Virus record (IMG/VR): IMGVR_UViG_3300020369_000001
Coordinates: 1-64,000 of that record
From: a virus
Lineage: Duplodnaviria > Caudoviricetes
DNA: 64,000 bases
Direction: 5' to 3' (one strand)
Below the pieces are notes generated by a model. It was given only the letters and a program-made list of their open reading frames with translations. It was not told where the DNA came from and did no database searches. This document shows positions 16,868 through 25,862 of this stretch, one piece after another. Positions within the stretch are counted from its first letter, which is position 1, and the number at the start of each line of letters is the position of its first letter. The translations under genes were made by a program, and so were the position numbers.

Positions 16868-19561
16868 TTATGCTTCGCAAGCCACGCAGTCATCCTTACG
16901 GCCCGTAGCAAGTTGTTTAGAGGCGTTCAAGTTGTATTGGTAGTAGAGTGATACAACACCACGTTCCCAAGCATAATACATAAGACTGTTAATCTCTTTC
17001 ACAGGCATACTTGGATGAACCATGATATTCAAAGACTGGCTCTGGTCATAATATACCTGACGATCAGCGGCGTGGTCAATAATTTCTTTAGGACTGATTT
17101 CTTGCATTGTCTTGAACACATTCTTTTCATGTTCACTCAAGAAGTCCAGATGCTGAACACTGCCATCATTTTTAGAAATGCTGTCCCAAACGTCAGGTGT
17201 GTCCTTGCCATATTCTTGCAAAAGCTTTTCCAATGCTGAACTTTTAACTTCTACCTTGAGCTTTGCAAAATCAGCAATGTAATAGTTAGAGAATAGTGGC
17301 TCAATACCCTGCGACACACCGCCAGCCAAAAGACTTGAAGACTTTGTAGGGGCGCACGCCATGAGCGTTGTGTTACGTCTCCCATACCCTTCAAGCACTT
17401 CAGGTTCACCAAACAATCCTGCAAGCTCTTTAGAAGCCTTGTAAGCCTTCTCTTCAATAACCTTATGGACTTCTTTGTTCAATTCTCTTGCTTCTTCAGA
17501 CTCAAAAGGGATCATCTTGTCTTGAAGCATTGTGTGGTAAGCTAGTACGCCCATTCCGAGCGCTCTGTGACGCTTCATAAAACGATATGCACGCTTCATA
17601 AAAAAGAATGTTGTTTCCTTTTCATGGTCTTCAGAATCCCGCATAGCTTCAAGTTTCTCAAGGCTTTCTGTAACTACTGAGTCAAGGAAGTACACAAGTG
17701 TTTCTACAGCATCCGTGTCTTTCCAATCATCATACTTCTTCAAGTTCATTGATGAAAGCACGCACACAAAGCTCTCTTCATTGTTTGAAGGCAGTGATAT
17801 TTCCGAGCATTGGCCTGTCAAAATACCGTTAAACATACCCATTCCACGTTTACTTTCAGTGAAACAGTAGGTGTTGTCATAACGCCCCTCATCAATAACT
17901 TCTACCACTTTGTTGAAGTGGCTGCATTCACGGTTCCCACGATAACTGTAGTCAAGATTAAGGCGGCTAAATTTTATACCTAAATCTACAAGCTTGCCTA
18001 CTTCATGTTGACCGAGCAATAATCTCCAAGCTTCTTGGCAATAGAACGCTTTATTCTCACCAGAACCATCATTAGCAGGCATCATCCTTTCACCAGCATC
18101 GGCAGCATGGTTGATACGTGAGTTTACCCCAAGCGTTTGCAGCATCATTTGAACATCTTGCAAAAACCCTTTGTTAATACTCCCCAGTTGCAAGGATTGT
18201 GTCTTTCCATTTCTGGCGATTGTCCCATCAGAATCGAATATACCTGCTAACCATTCTAAACGACTTTCTACAGTATAGTCATGGGTAGGCACAAAGAACT
18301 TATCTTTCAATACATCGCTGTGACCATACTCCCGGTTCAAGTTGTCTTGAACATACCAATTTTTAAAGATGTCTCCAAGCCGTTCTTTTACAGCATTGAG
18401 TCTTTTGTCGTGGTAGAGGTAAATGCGTTTTCCGTCAGCAGTTAAGCAGCCATCGCCAGTATAGAAACCGTTTGCGTAAGCGTTGTCTAGGACTTCGGAA
18501 CCCTCTACGACAGGCAAAGAGTCAAACTTAATCAGCTTATCACCGGTTTGCAAGTCCTGTGCGCGCTTTTCAATCACTTTACTACAACTGTAGGAAGTCT
18601 GCACATAGAACTTGTGGTAAGGTGTACATTCTAGTTCCAATCCATTAGAAGTAATAACCTTTACAAGCTTCTGGTTATCCCCTGTCCTTCGAACTGTAGT
18701 TTCAGACCACTCTTTACCATTCCATACTTGTACATCTTCATTTTCTAATTCGGCAATTTCGATATAACCTTCAGAAGTTAAGATTTTAGTCTCGGGGGAT
18801 ACACAAAGATTACTAGAGTGAATATCCATACCCTTGTCTTTGTAGACTTCTGGTTTATTTCGATTTGCGTTATCCAACCACACCAAGTACGGAAAGCCTA
18901 TCTCTCCACGAACTTTCAAAGTTTTCGCCCAAATCTTACGGTTCCGCTTATCTCTTTCAGTCTCCCCGCGTTTAACAGATTCCATAAATTCATCTGAAAC
19001 AGTGACGCCTGTAGTAACATCTTGGATCAAATTCCCGTCGCGTGCAATCTCTAAAAACTCTTCTGCGTCCGCGTGCTCAAGACTCAGATAGGGTGCTACC
19101 CGACCCCTTCGCTGCGAACCTTGGGAGATTACATCAGTAACCTGTTCGAAGAGTCGTGCAAAATGTACTGCTCCAGAAGTCTTTCCATTATTGGTAATGT
19201 CGCTACCCCTTGGTCGAATAGGTGTTAGATTAACTGACGTGCCACCGCCAAGTTTTGACATAATACCAATCTCAGACTGTGTAAAAAGAATGTCTGGAAT
19301 GCTGTCTTCACAGTGACTGTTAAAACATGAGATAGGCAACCCACGATCTTCACGGCCATAGTTTGCCCATACAGGACTCGACAAGCTATAGAAACCCTTT
19401 GCCATGTAGTCATACATCTTGTTAGAGAATCCTTCTAACCCAAGACGTTTCTCAGCAGCATCGCAAATATCTCGGATACGTCCTTCGGCAGTTTCTCCCT
19501 CTAATGTGTATCCAGACTGTAGAAATTTACGTGAGTTTTCGTTCAACCATTCAAATGACAT
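16868..19561 (-). CDS. nrdA: Class I ribonucleotide reductase alpha subunit lacking an ATP-cone, intein-containing
   Basis: SLSSPVWAN, LPISCF, GGGTS, SNLC/CSEI, LGMGV, APTKSSS, SQSLN, SLYY and C-terminal CVACEA. Confidence 0.95.
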   Translation of the reverse strand: MSFEWLNENSRKFLQSGYTLEGETAEGRIRDICDAAEKRLGLEGFSNKMYDYMAKGFYSLSSPVWANYGREDRGLPISCFNSHCEDSIPDILFTQSEIGIMSKLGGGTSVNLTPIRPRGSDITNNGKTSGAVHFARLFEQVTDVISQGSQRRGRVAPYLSLEHADAEEFLEIARDGNLIQDVTTGVTVSDEFMESVKRGETERDKRNRKIWAKTLKVRGEIGFPYLVWLDNANRNKPEVYKDKGMDIHSSNLCVSPETKILTSEGYIEIAELENEDVQVWNGKEWSETTVRRTGDNQKLVKVITSNGLELECTPYHKFYVQTSYSCSKVIEKRAQDLQTGDKLIKFDSLPVVEGSEVLDNAYANGFYTGDGCLTADGKRIYLYHDKRLNAVKERLGDIFKNWYVQDNLNREYGHSDVLKDKFFVPTHDYTVESRLEWLAGIFDSDGTIARNGKTQSLQLGSINKGFLQDVQMMLQTLGVNSRINHAADAGERMMPANDGSGENKAFYCQEAWRLLLGQHEVGKLVDLGIKFSRLNLDYSYRGNRECSHFNKVVEVIDEGRYDNTYCFTESKRGMGMFNGILTGQCSEISLPSNNEESFVCVLSSMNLKKYDDWKDTDAVETLVYFLDSVVTESLEKLEAMRDSEDHEKETTFFFMKRAYRFMKRHRALGMGVLAYHTMLQDKMIPFESEEARELNKEVHKVIEEKAYKASKELAGLFGEPEVLEGYGRRNTTLMACAPTKSSSLLAGGVSQGIEPLFSNYYIADFAKLKVEVKSSALEKLLQEYGKDTPDVWDSISKNDGSVQHLDFLSEHEKNVFKTMQEISPKEIIDHAADRQVYYDQSQSLNIMVHPSMPVKEINSLMYYAWERGVVSLYYQYNLNASKQLATGRKDDCVACEA
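17810..18805 (-). mobile_element. Intein (332 aa) with LAGLIDADG endonuclease in NrdA
   Basis: Starts CVSPETKILT after SNL, has block B LECTPYHKFY and LAGLIDADG motifs GFYTGDG and WLAGIFDSDG, and ends MFNGILTGQ followed by extein Cys (CSEI). Confidence 0.93.
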
Positions 19562-19577
19562 TATTAAATATCTCCTA

Positions 19578-20810
19578 TTAAAACAAGTCGTCTTCAGTAA
19601 ATGACTTATTAACCTTGGTGTAGTTTACGTTCTTACGTGCAAAGAAATCAGGATTGGTGGTACTGTTCACCTGAATTTCAAACCACTGGAACTTCTCTTT
19701 CGTCTTATCTTGTACTTCAAAAACCTCTGGGAAACCGATCATTTCCATGCTCTTGTTGAAACGCCAACGTAGATAATCTTTGACTTCTTCTTTTGAAACA
19801 AAATCTAAATCGCCACCTTCAAAAATCCAATCCAAAATCTCACTTTCTGCATCCATACTGACTTTGCAAGCATCATGAGTATCTTGAACAAGCGCCTCAG
19901 TAAACCAATCAGGATTCTCTTCTTTGATCGTGTTGATGATCTCGGCACCAAACATGGCGTGAACGCTCTCATCACAAGCAGAGCTTTGAACAACATTGCT
20001 AATGCCTACCAGCATATTCTTGTAGTTGTCAAAGCATGACATAATCAAGAATTGCCCAAACAATGATACATTCTCAACAAACATTGAGAAGAGCAACACT
20101 GAACGCATGAACTCTTTGTTGCTTGAATCATTGGGTGATACAAAACGCTTTAGGTATTCTTGCCGCTTACGAAGACAATCAATGTTATCAAGGTCTTCAA
20201 AAAGCTCATTCATCCCAAGGTACTCTAAAAGCTGTGAATAAGCTGTTGCGTGGATAGATTCGTTGTTACTGAAAGCTGCTCCTACATCTGCCACTTCAGG
20301 CTTGGGTAAACGGTCGTAAAGTTTTCCCCAGAAGGTTTTCACAAACCTCGCTTCAATCTGTGAAATAGCCAGCATTGTCCGTTGGATTACTTGGCGTTCA
20401 TTCTCACTTAGTTCTGAATGATACTCTTGGATAGACGCTGTGAAGTTAAACTCATCGACTACCCAGAACGCTTGGTGTACAGCATCCATGTACTGCTTAA
20501 AATGCGGATACTCAAACGGTTTGTAGTTCTCCCTTGGTCGAAAAATGTCAGGTTCATGTGCTTTCCGATAAGTAACATACTCTCTCGCAACGTCAAAAGC
20601 CTTAGCGTTCATAATACCGTCTTCAACAAGTTTATGAACCGTATCAACACTCACAATATCTTCTTCAATATTCTTCTTCACATACCGTACAACCTTATCT
20701 TGCAGCTTATCATCTTCATAGTCAGTCCGTGACATTGCTTTACCAACGGCTGCTTTAATCTTCTCACCATCAAAACTTACAACGTCACCATTACGCTTCA
20801 ATACTTGCAT
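19578..20810 (-). CDS. nrdB: Ribonucleotide reductase beta subunit with N-terminal ATP-cone
   Basis: ATP-cone MQVLKRNGDVVSFDGEKIKAAV...VHKLVE...AREYVTYR, followed by ferritin-like motifs ESIHATAY, ENVSLF and DESVH. Confidence 0.93.
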   Translation of the reverse strand: MQVLKRNGDVVSFDGEKIKAAVGKAMSRTDYEDDKLQDKVVRYVKKNIEEDIVSVDTVHKLVEDGIMNAKAFDVAREYVTYRKAHEPDIFRPRENYKPFEYPHFKQYMDAVHQAFWVVDEFNFTASIQEYHSELSENERQVIQRTMLAISQIEARFVKTFWGKLYDRLPKPEVADVGAAFSNNESIHATAYSQLLEYLGMNELFEDLDNIDCLRKRQEYLKRFVSPNDSSNKEFMRSVLLFSMFVENVSLFGQFLIMSCFDNYKNMLVGISNVVQSSACDESVHAMFGAEIINTIKEENPDWFTEALVQDTHDACKVSMDAESEILDWIFEGGDLDFVSKEEVKDYLRWRFNKSMEMIGFPEVFEVQDKTKEKFQWFEIQVNSTTNPDFFARKNVNYTKVNKSFTEDDLF

Positions 20811-20825
20811 TATTATCCCCTATTC

Positions 20826-21161
20826 TTAAAACCCAGTATCTTCGGTGGAATGATAGGGGCAATTCATATTGTAAACCCTTCGATCAGTCCCTACCAATTC
20901 TTCATTATCAATCTTAGGGCATGTACAGCCCTTCAGATAAAATTCATACTTCCACATAGAAGGGTTCTCTTCAAAACCCCAACAGTATTGTAAAGTGTAT
21001 TCAATCTGACGAACCCTCTCAAGCGCTTTATGGTAACTGTCTGTGAACATCTCAGGTCTTGTTAAGGTGCTGTACATCCGTTTGTACAAGACTTCAAGAA
21101 GTTTGATACGTTCTTCTGAAAGACCTTTAGACTCTGCTAAGGCATAGTTCATGTGAATCAT
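20826..21161 (-). CDS. Conserved phage hypothetical protein (Cys/His-rich C-terminus)
   Basis: GCTCPKIDN...NCPYH; in operon context. Confidence 0.5.
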   Translation of the reverse strand: MIHMNYALAESKGLSEERIKLLEVLYKRMYSTLTRPEMFTDSYHKALERVRQIEYTLQYCWGFEENPSMWKYEFYLKGCTCPKIDNEELVGTDRRVYNMNCPYHSTEDTGF

Positions 21162-21163
21162 GT

Positions 21164-21382
21164 TCAGTCCTCATTCATAGCCTCAATGGCTTTGTTCTGA
21201 TACCAGATACCCTTTTTCAAATCTTCTTCGTTATCCCATTTATCACGCCAAAGGTATTTGATAGAAGTGCCTTTACAGTATGCTATAAAACCTTCTTTAC
21301 CAAGTGCTGCACGGATAGCATCAATACATTCGATACCATTATCAGATTGGTAATGTGGAGGGTGGTTTACCATGTCTGTCAT
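21164..21382 (-). CDS. DUF3310 (T7 gp1.7-like nucleotide kinase family)
   Basis: DMVNHPPHY..IECIDAI...IKYLWR...EDLKK..WY motif. Confidence 0.85.
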   Translation of the reverse strand: MTDMVNHPPHYQSDNGIECIDAIRAALGKEGFIAYCKGTSIKYLWRDKWDNEEDLKKGIWYQNKAIEAMNED

Positions 21383-21864
21383 TACAAGTTACCTTTGATA
21401 ATGTCTGTAAGTTTTCCTTCAGGTTGCTCGAATGTGTTGCCTTTTAAAATCTTGCACCCACCTGTCTCAACAACCTTTCCAACAACTCGGTAAGCGTCTT
21501 CACCAACCTTTTCATATTTTACATCGGTGTAACGTGGATCGTCAATATAATTCTCAACAGATTTCTTAGCATCTTCTTCAGTTGTTGGGAACTTTGATAA
21601 ATTTGCTTCATTGACAACTGACAATGCTAATTCTAATTGCTGACGTGTTAATCCTGCTCGGTAAGAAATCCCAACAGCCGTCACAATAATATCTACAACT
21701 CCATCCAAAACACCTGTCATATCACCATCACGGTTAGCTTCTACAGTCTCACGAACCTCCTCTTGAGCAAGGTTGATAGCTTGTCGAATATTCTCGTAAG
21801 AATCATCAATAGGTGTGTTTCCATATTCATTGAACTTGTAGATTGATTCAAAGTGTGTGTTCAT
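21382..21864 (-). CDS. MazG-like nucleoside triphosphate pyrophosphohydrolase
   Basis: QEEVRET..A......VLDGVVDIIV...VNEANLSK and KILKG...P motif. Confidence 0.8.
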   Translation of the reverse strand: MNTHFESIYKFNEYGNTPIDDSYENIRQAINLAQEEVRETVEANRDGDMTGVLDGVVDIIVTAVGISYRAGLTRQQLELALSVVNEANLSKFPTTEEDAKKSVENYIDDPRYTDVKYEKVGEDAYRVVGKVVETGGCKILKGNTFEQPEGKLTDIIKGNL

Positions 21865-21867
21865 TGG

Positions 21868-22298
21868 TTATTCTCCCATCAATACAGCTTTTGCAAGTTT
21901 ATCTTCATTCTGACTTATCAAGTCTCCCTCTTCCCATGCTTCGTACATGTGGTAAATAGTACCATCTGTTCCAAGAGTAATCTCTTCAATCATATCAAAA
22001 GGAAGATAATCATGGTCATTACCACGTTCCACCAACAGCAAATTCGGATTAAGTTTTTCAAGTTTCTTTATAGCATCTTTTACTCGCATTTTGTCTTTAC
22101 TCCGTAGTCACTTGGCATTGCTTCTAAAAGTCCATCCATAATATCGCCTATAACTTCTTTGTGCGCAAGGTAATTAATAAATAATTCTTCATCACCTCCA
22201 ATATTGTACACAATATTCTTCATAACGGCTACAACATAATCAGTCAGATTGTCAATCGCTTCGTAGCGTTCGTCAGCTTGGATGTCTTCAATTTCCAT
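21868..22298 (-). CDS. Two small hypothetical proteins (21868-22089; 22080-22298)
   Basis: ORF track plus RBS GGAG before ATG 22298. Confidence 0.5.
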
Positions 22299-22311
22299 TT
22301 CAAATCTCCTA

Positions 22312-22587
22312 TCAATGATCTTCAAGATATAGAGCAGCTTTACGAAGCAACTCAGGATTGTCTTGGAAGTTAGCAATGCCCCAGTTGCAATACTTGCAAA
22401 TAAGACCTCTATTGTGCGTCTTATCATGGCAATGGTCAAGATTGAGAGTTCCGACCTCTTCCTCATGTCTCTCACAAATCATACAACGATTTTTGCAACC
22501 TTGCAAGAGGGTTTCGTAAAGTTTTAGAGATAATCCGTAGCGTCGTCCAATATCTGATTTAAGTTTCTTACGGCATTTGTAGGCCAC
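22312..22587 (-). CDS. Endonuclease VII-like HNH/His-Me nuclease
   Basis: RYGLS..Y......CMIC......LDHCH.....RGLICKYCN.GI..F.DN motif. Confidence 0.85.
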   Translation of the reverse strand: MAYKCRKKLKSDIGRRYGLSLKLYETLLQGCKNRCMICERHEEEVGTLNLDHCHDKTHNRGLICKYCNWGIANFQDNPELLRKAALYLEDH

Positions 22588-22602
22588 TTGTCAAGCTCCT
22601 TG

Positions 22603-23103
22603 TTAATATTCCTGTTTAGTCTTCACAGCAATCCAGTAAGCATCTGCTAAGTCTTCCCTGCCCTGAGCTTTGGTAACTACGGAGAACATCTTCTGAACAC
22701 GTTCTGGTAAAGCATTGAACATATCTTCTTTAGAAGCCTTGCCTGAACCTGTTGCAATCTTTTTAATGGCGCTTGGTGTGTAAAGTTGCGGGTCATGCCC
22801 ATCTTCTCTAAGAGCATTGACAATCATATATTGAAGCCCTGCCAAAGTCTGCAAAGTTGAACCCCGCATGCCAAATGCTAAATTTTCTATACCGATTGCA
22901 AAAGATTCCGCATCACTATATTCATCAATCGTGCGGATAACATTTGCAATGGATTCCGCAGCATTCTTTGAACGTGTGAAGTAATCGCCGTCATCTTTTA
23001 AAGTCTGGACAACTTCAAACTTAACAACGTTGTCTTCATTGTCCAATACGACAATTCCAGAATTTCGATAAGACTGGTCAATACCTACGTAATAAATGTT
23101 CAT
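22603..23103 (-). CDS. ruvC: RuvC-like Holliday junction resolvase
   Basis: YVGIDQS, IGIE, KKIATGSGKASKEDM and DLADAYWIA motifs. Confidence 0.88.
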   Translation of the reverse strand: MNIYYVGIDQSYRNSGIVVLDNEDNVVKFEVVQTLKDDGDYFTRSKNAAESIANVIRTIDEYSDAESFAIGIENLAFGMRGSTLQTLAGLQYMIVNALREDGHDPQLYTPSAIKKIATGSGKASKEDMFNALPERVQKMFSVVTKAQGREDLADAYWIAVKTKQEY

Positions 23104-23106
23104 GTT

Positions 23107-24054
23107 CTATTCCTCCTTTGGAATTTGGTACTCTTCTCCCTTCTTCCTCCACATATATGCTAAGCGAAGATTCTCTAACATGATTTCTTCAGCAGTCTTG
23201 GTAACTTCTTTTCCGTCCCATGTTGTGTAGGTGTACTCGTCACCAAAGTAATTACGATAAGCTTCTACAGATTTATCATACATTTGCCGCTCTGTAGTAC
23301 ATCCTTCAAGAATCTTTTTAGCTTTCACCTTCCCAATCCCAGGGACACCTTCATAATTATCCACACTCATATCGCCAGCGAGTGTTTGGATGAAGAGCCA
23401 CTCTAAACCCTCTTCCGGTGTGATATATCGGAATTGATCTTTAACCCAATCGTAATGGTGAAGAGGTGCCTGATAAACATCTTTATCTAAATTGGCCGCA
23501 ACCGCCTTCAAACCTTTTCGATAACAACTCCAAAGACCTACCGATAAAACATCATCGCACTCAATATAATCTACAGGTTTTGCACCATGTGTTTGCATCA
23601 AGTGTTCGGTAACGGCGTCAATCCAACGAGGTTTTTCCATCTTCTCTCTGCTGCCTTTGTACTTATGGATAGTTGAGATTGATAGCCTGTAAGTGTCATT
23701 ACCTGTTAAGTGCAACTTATACTCATCAGCAGGACAGTTCTTTTTGATGTGTTCGATAATAAGGTCACATGCGTTCAATGCCTGTCCACGTTCCCCGACT
23801 ACTTTCTCAGGTTCTTTGTAATACCCTGCTGTGTCAACCATCAAGAACTCTTCTAATTCTTGTAAGTGATCTTTAGCAGCCTTAGCAGAATCAAAACGGT
23901 CAATATGGTTTCCTTCAGCGTCGTACAAATGCCAATAAGTTTTCTCTGCTGCAAAGCTACTACGATACTTTATCAAGTCGCAGTCAATGAAACATACATC
24001 AAACTTCTCAGGAACATCTTCTTTAGCAATTATTGCCATACCCACTTCTCCCAA
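23107..24054 (-). CDS. 5'-3' exonuclease (T7 gp6/RNase H-like)
   Basis: FIDCDLIKY, YKGSR, IECDDV, DKD and TLAGD..DNYEGVPGIG motifs. Confidence 0.85.
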   Translation of the reverse strand: MGEVGMAIIAKEDVPEKFDVCFIDCDLIKYRSSFAAEKTYWHLYDAEGNHIDRFDSAKAAKDHLQELEEFLMVDTAGYYKEPEKVVGERGQALNACDLIIEHIKKNCPADEYKLHLTGNDTYRLSISTIHKYKGSREKMEKPRWIDAVTEHLMQTHGAKPVDYIECDDVLSVGLWSCYRKGLKAVAANLDKDVYQAPLHHYDWVKDQFRYITPEEGLEWLFIQTLAGDMSVDNYEGVPGIGKVKAKKILEGCTTERQMYDKSVEAYRNYFGDEYTYTTWDGKEVTKTAEEIMLENLRLAYMWRKKGEEYQIPKEE

Positions 24055-24103
24055 AGAAATAAAAAGGGCAACCTGTCAAAGCTGCCCTTCTGTAAATTAA
24101 CCC

Positions 24104-24859
24104 TTAATAAAGCTCATCATCCTCTTCGCCAAAGTCAGGCTGTTCATCTGGCTCAAAAGGTGGTTCTTGTTGGACATCTGAATCCTCTGAAGGCTTGCCA
24201 GCATTTTCAGGAACCTCTGCTAACTCAATGTCACCTCCAAAGAAATCTTGTTCTTCTTCAGACATCTTATTACCACTACCTGAACCTTCATACTCAACAA
24301 GTTCTTCGACAAGCATTTTATCAGGGTATGATGACACACCATAAGAACCCTGGTCTGCATAGCGCAGCAATAAGTTTACGACTGAACCATTTCCAACTAA
24401 CTTTTCAAAAGTAATGTCAACATTCTTACCATCAATCTTCTGGATTGCGCGTGGTTGAAGTTGTGTCAAAGGCGTACCATCCCGCTTCTGACAACGCTGT
24501 GCCTTCTTAATTACAAAGAACTTCTTTTGTGAAGGATCAAGATTAGCTTCTCGGAACTTATCATCGTCAATGTCACCCTCATCATCTACAAGGCGAAACT
24601 TCTTAGCAGCTTGTGCTTTAGAAAGCTTCTTAGAAGACTGTTTATCGCTTACTGTCTCGTCGTAGGCGTCTGCTGTGTCTTCATCAACAACAATCTCTAC
24701 AGTCCATTCGAAGTTCTTCTGCTGAGCCTTGGGTAAATCTTTCTCATCGTAGATTACAGCAGGCTCTTTGAACTTCGTGTAGAAGGCTACACCACCCATA
24801 ATAGCTGCTTTCTCGATGTTGCCTTTCTTAGCCTGTTTGATGATCTTGAATTCGCTCAT
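24104..24859 (-). CDS. Single-stranded DNA-binding protein
   Basis: LVGNGSVV motif and long acidic C-terminal tail; lies in the replication cluster. Confidence 0.65.
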   Translation of the reverse strand: MSEFKIIKQAKKGNIEKAAIMGGVAFYTKFKEPAVIYDEKDLPKAQQKNFEWTVEIVVDEDTADAYDETVSDKQSSKKLSKAQAAKKFRLVDDEGDIDDDKFREANLDPSQKKFFVIKKAQRCQKRDGTPLTQLQPRAIQKIDGKNVDITFEKLVGNGSVVNLLLRYADQGSYGVSSYPDKMLVEELVEYEGSGSGNKMSEEEQDFFGGDIELAEVPENAGKPSEDSDVQQEPPFEPDEQPDFGEEDDELY

Positions 24860-25056
24860 TTGTGTAAATCTCCTGTGTAGTTTATTTAAAGCTGGATGTT
24901 AAAGTTGATCGGTTGAATGTCCATTGTACCTTCAAGTTCCTGCTGATGCAACTGCTCAAGTACCTCCGCAATATCCTCAACACTCCCTTCAAACGTATGC
25001 TCAACAGTTTCAAAGCTTTCACCAACATGCGTGCTTACCGAATGTGTATAAATCAT

Positions 25057-25287
25057 TTATCCAATCTCCATATTCATGTCTAATTTGTTAAACTTACTCT
25101 GTCTTTTCAACCGTTCATCACGCTGCTTACGACGTTCTTTCGGATCACTGATTTTCTTTGAATCGCCTCGTCCATATTCTTTGTTAGTTACCTTTTCAAA
25201 AAGTGTCTCAGGGTGTTCCTCATAAGACTCTTCAAGTTCTTCAAGATATGCCTTATCAATCTTACCAGCTTGGATATTCATGGTCAA
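25057..25287 (-). CDS. Hypothetical protein
   Basis: ORF track; co-oriented within the operon. Confidence 0.45.
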   Translation of the reverse strand: MTMNIQAGKIDKAYLEELEESYEEHPETLFEKVTNKEYGRGDSKKISDPKERRKQRDERLKRQSKFNKLDMNMEIG

Positions 25288-25506
25288 TCCTTAATTACTT
25301 TAAATGTTTCAGTGCTTGTGTACTTTCATTATTCAACAACAGCGAGTTTCAAAGATACTTCTTTACCAATCTCATGTAAAGCACAGTTAAATGGGTCAAT
25401 ATCATTATTCGAACAGAGTTCTTGGATGCTGTCTAAAGTCCCTATGTAAGCTCCATCAGATTCAGTGAAGATTACGTATTTAGTGTCGTTCATTTTTAGT
25501 CACCTC

Positions 25507-25746
25507 TTAATGTTTGTTAAGCAACTCTTCAGCAGCTTGCCAAATCTTTTCTTTCTTAGCACGTTCCTCAGCAACAGCGTTTTTGTGAAAGAGCTTGGCA
25601 ATTTGTTTAATATCTGCCTTACTGTATTCTTCAGAGTCTTCAGCAGCGGTTTCACAGATGTCTTTGATAGAGTCTTCGATAGAATCTTGTTGCAAAAGGA
25701 GTTTTGAAATTTCAATAGCAGCGTTTTCGATTTTCTGGTCAAGCAT
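25507..25746 (-). CDS. dsDNA-binding protein, T4 DsbA/GapR-like
   Basis: IKDI...A......K..I..IAKLFHK pattern as in DsbA. Confidence 0.6.
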   Translation of the reverse strand: MLDQKIENAAIEISKLLLQQDSIEDSIKDICETAAEDSEEYSKADIKQIAKLFHKNAVAEERAKKEKIWQAAEELLNKH

Positions 25747-25830
25747 TTTGTCTAGTTCCTTTTAATGTTGGTTGGTGTGCGTAGCTGTTTCACAAAGGAT
25801 TAAGAAGTGATTTCCTAACCCTGTGTAGTT

Positions 25831-25859
25831 ATCTTATCAAAGGTGGTTGCGGAGGTCAA
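25831..25859 (-). promoter_or_regulatory. Sigma70-type promoter
   Basis: Minus strand TTGACC-N17-TAAGAT. Confidence 0.65.
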
Positions 25860-25862
25860 GGG

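Noticed and set aside
22080-22475. 131-aa ORF overlapping the EndoVII gene
   Set aside because: The N-terminal half is an alternate frame of the nuclease gene. The real gene most likely starts at ATG 22298 with its own RBS.
20800-22600. Possible DNA base-modification pathway (MazG-like plus DUF3310 nucleotide kinase plus ThyX)
   Set aside because: These are common nucleotide-pool genes. No PurZ, queuosine/7-deazaguanine, hydroxymethylase or glycosyltransferase genes are visible.
25500-25742. Lys/Leu-rich 80-aa ORF overlapping the DsbA-like gene
   Set aside because: Alternate frame of 25507-25746, which has the recognisable family pattern.
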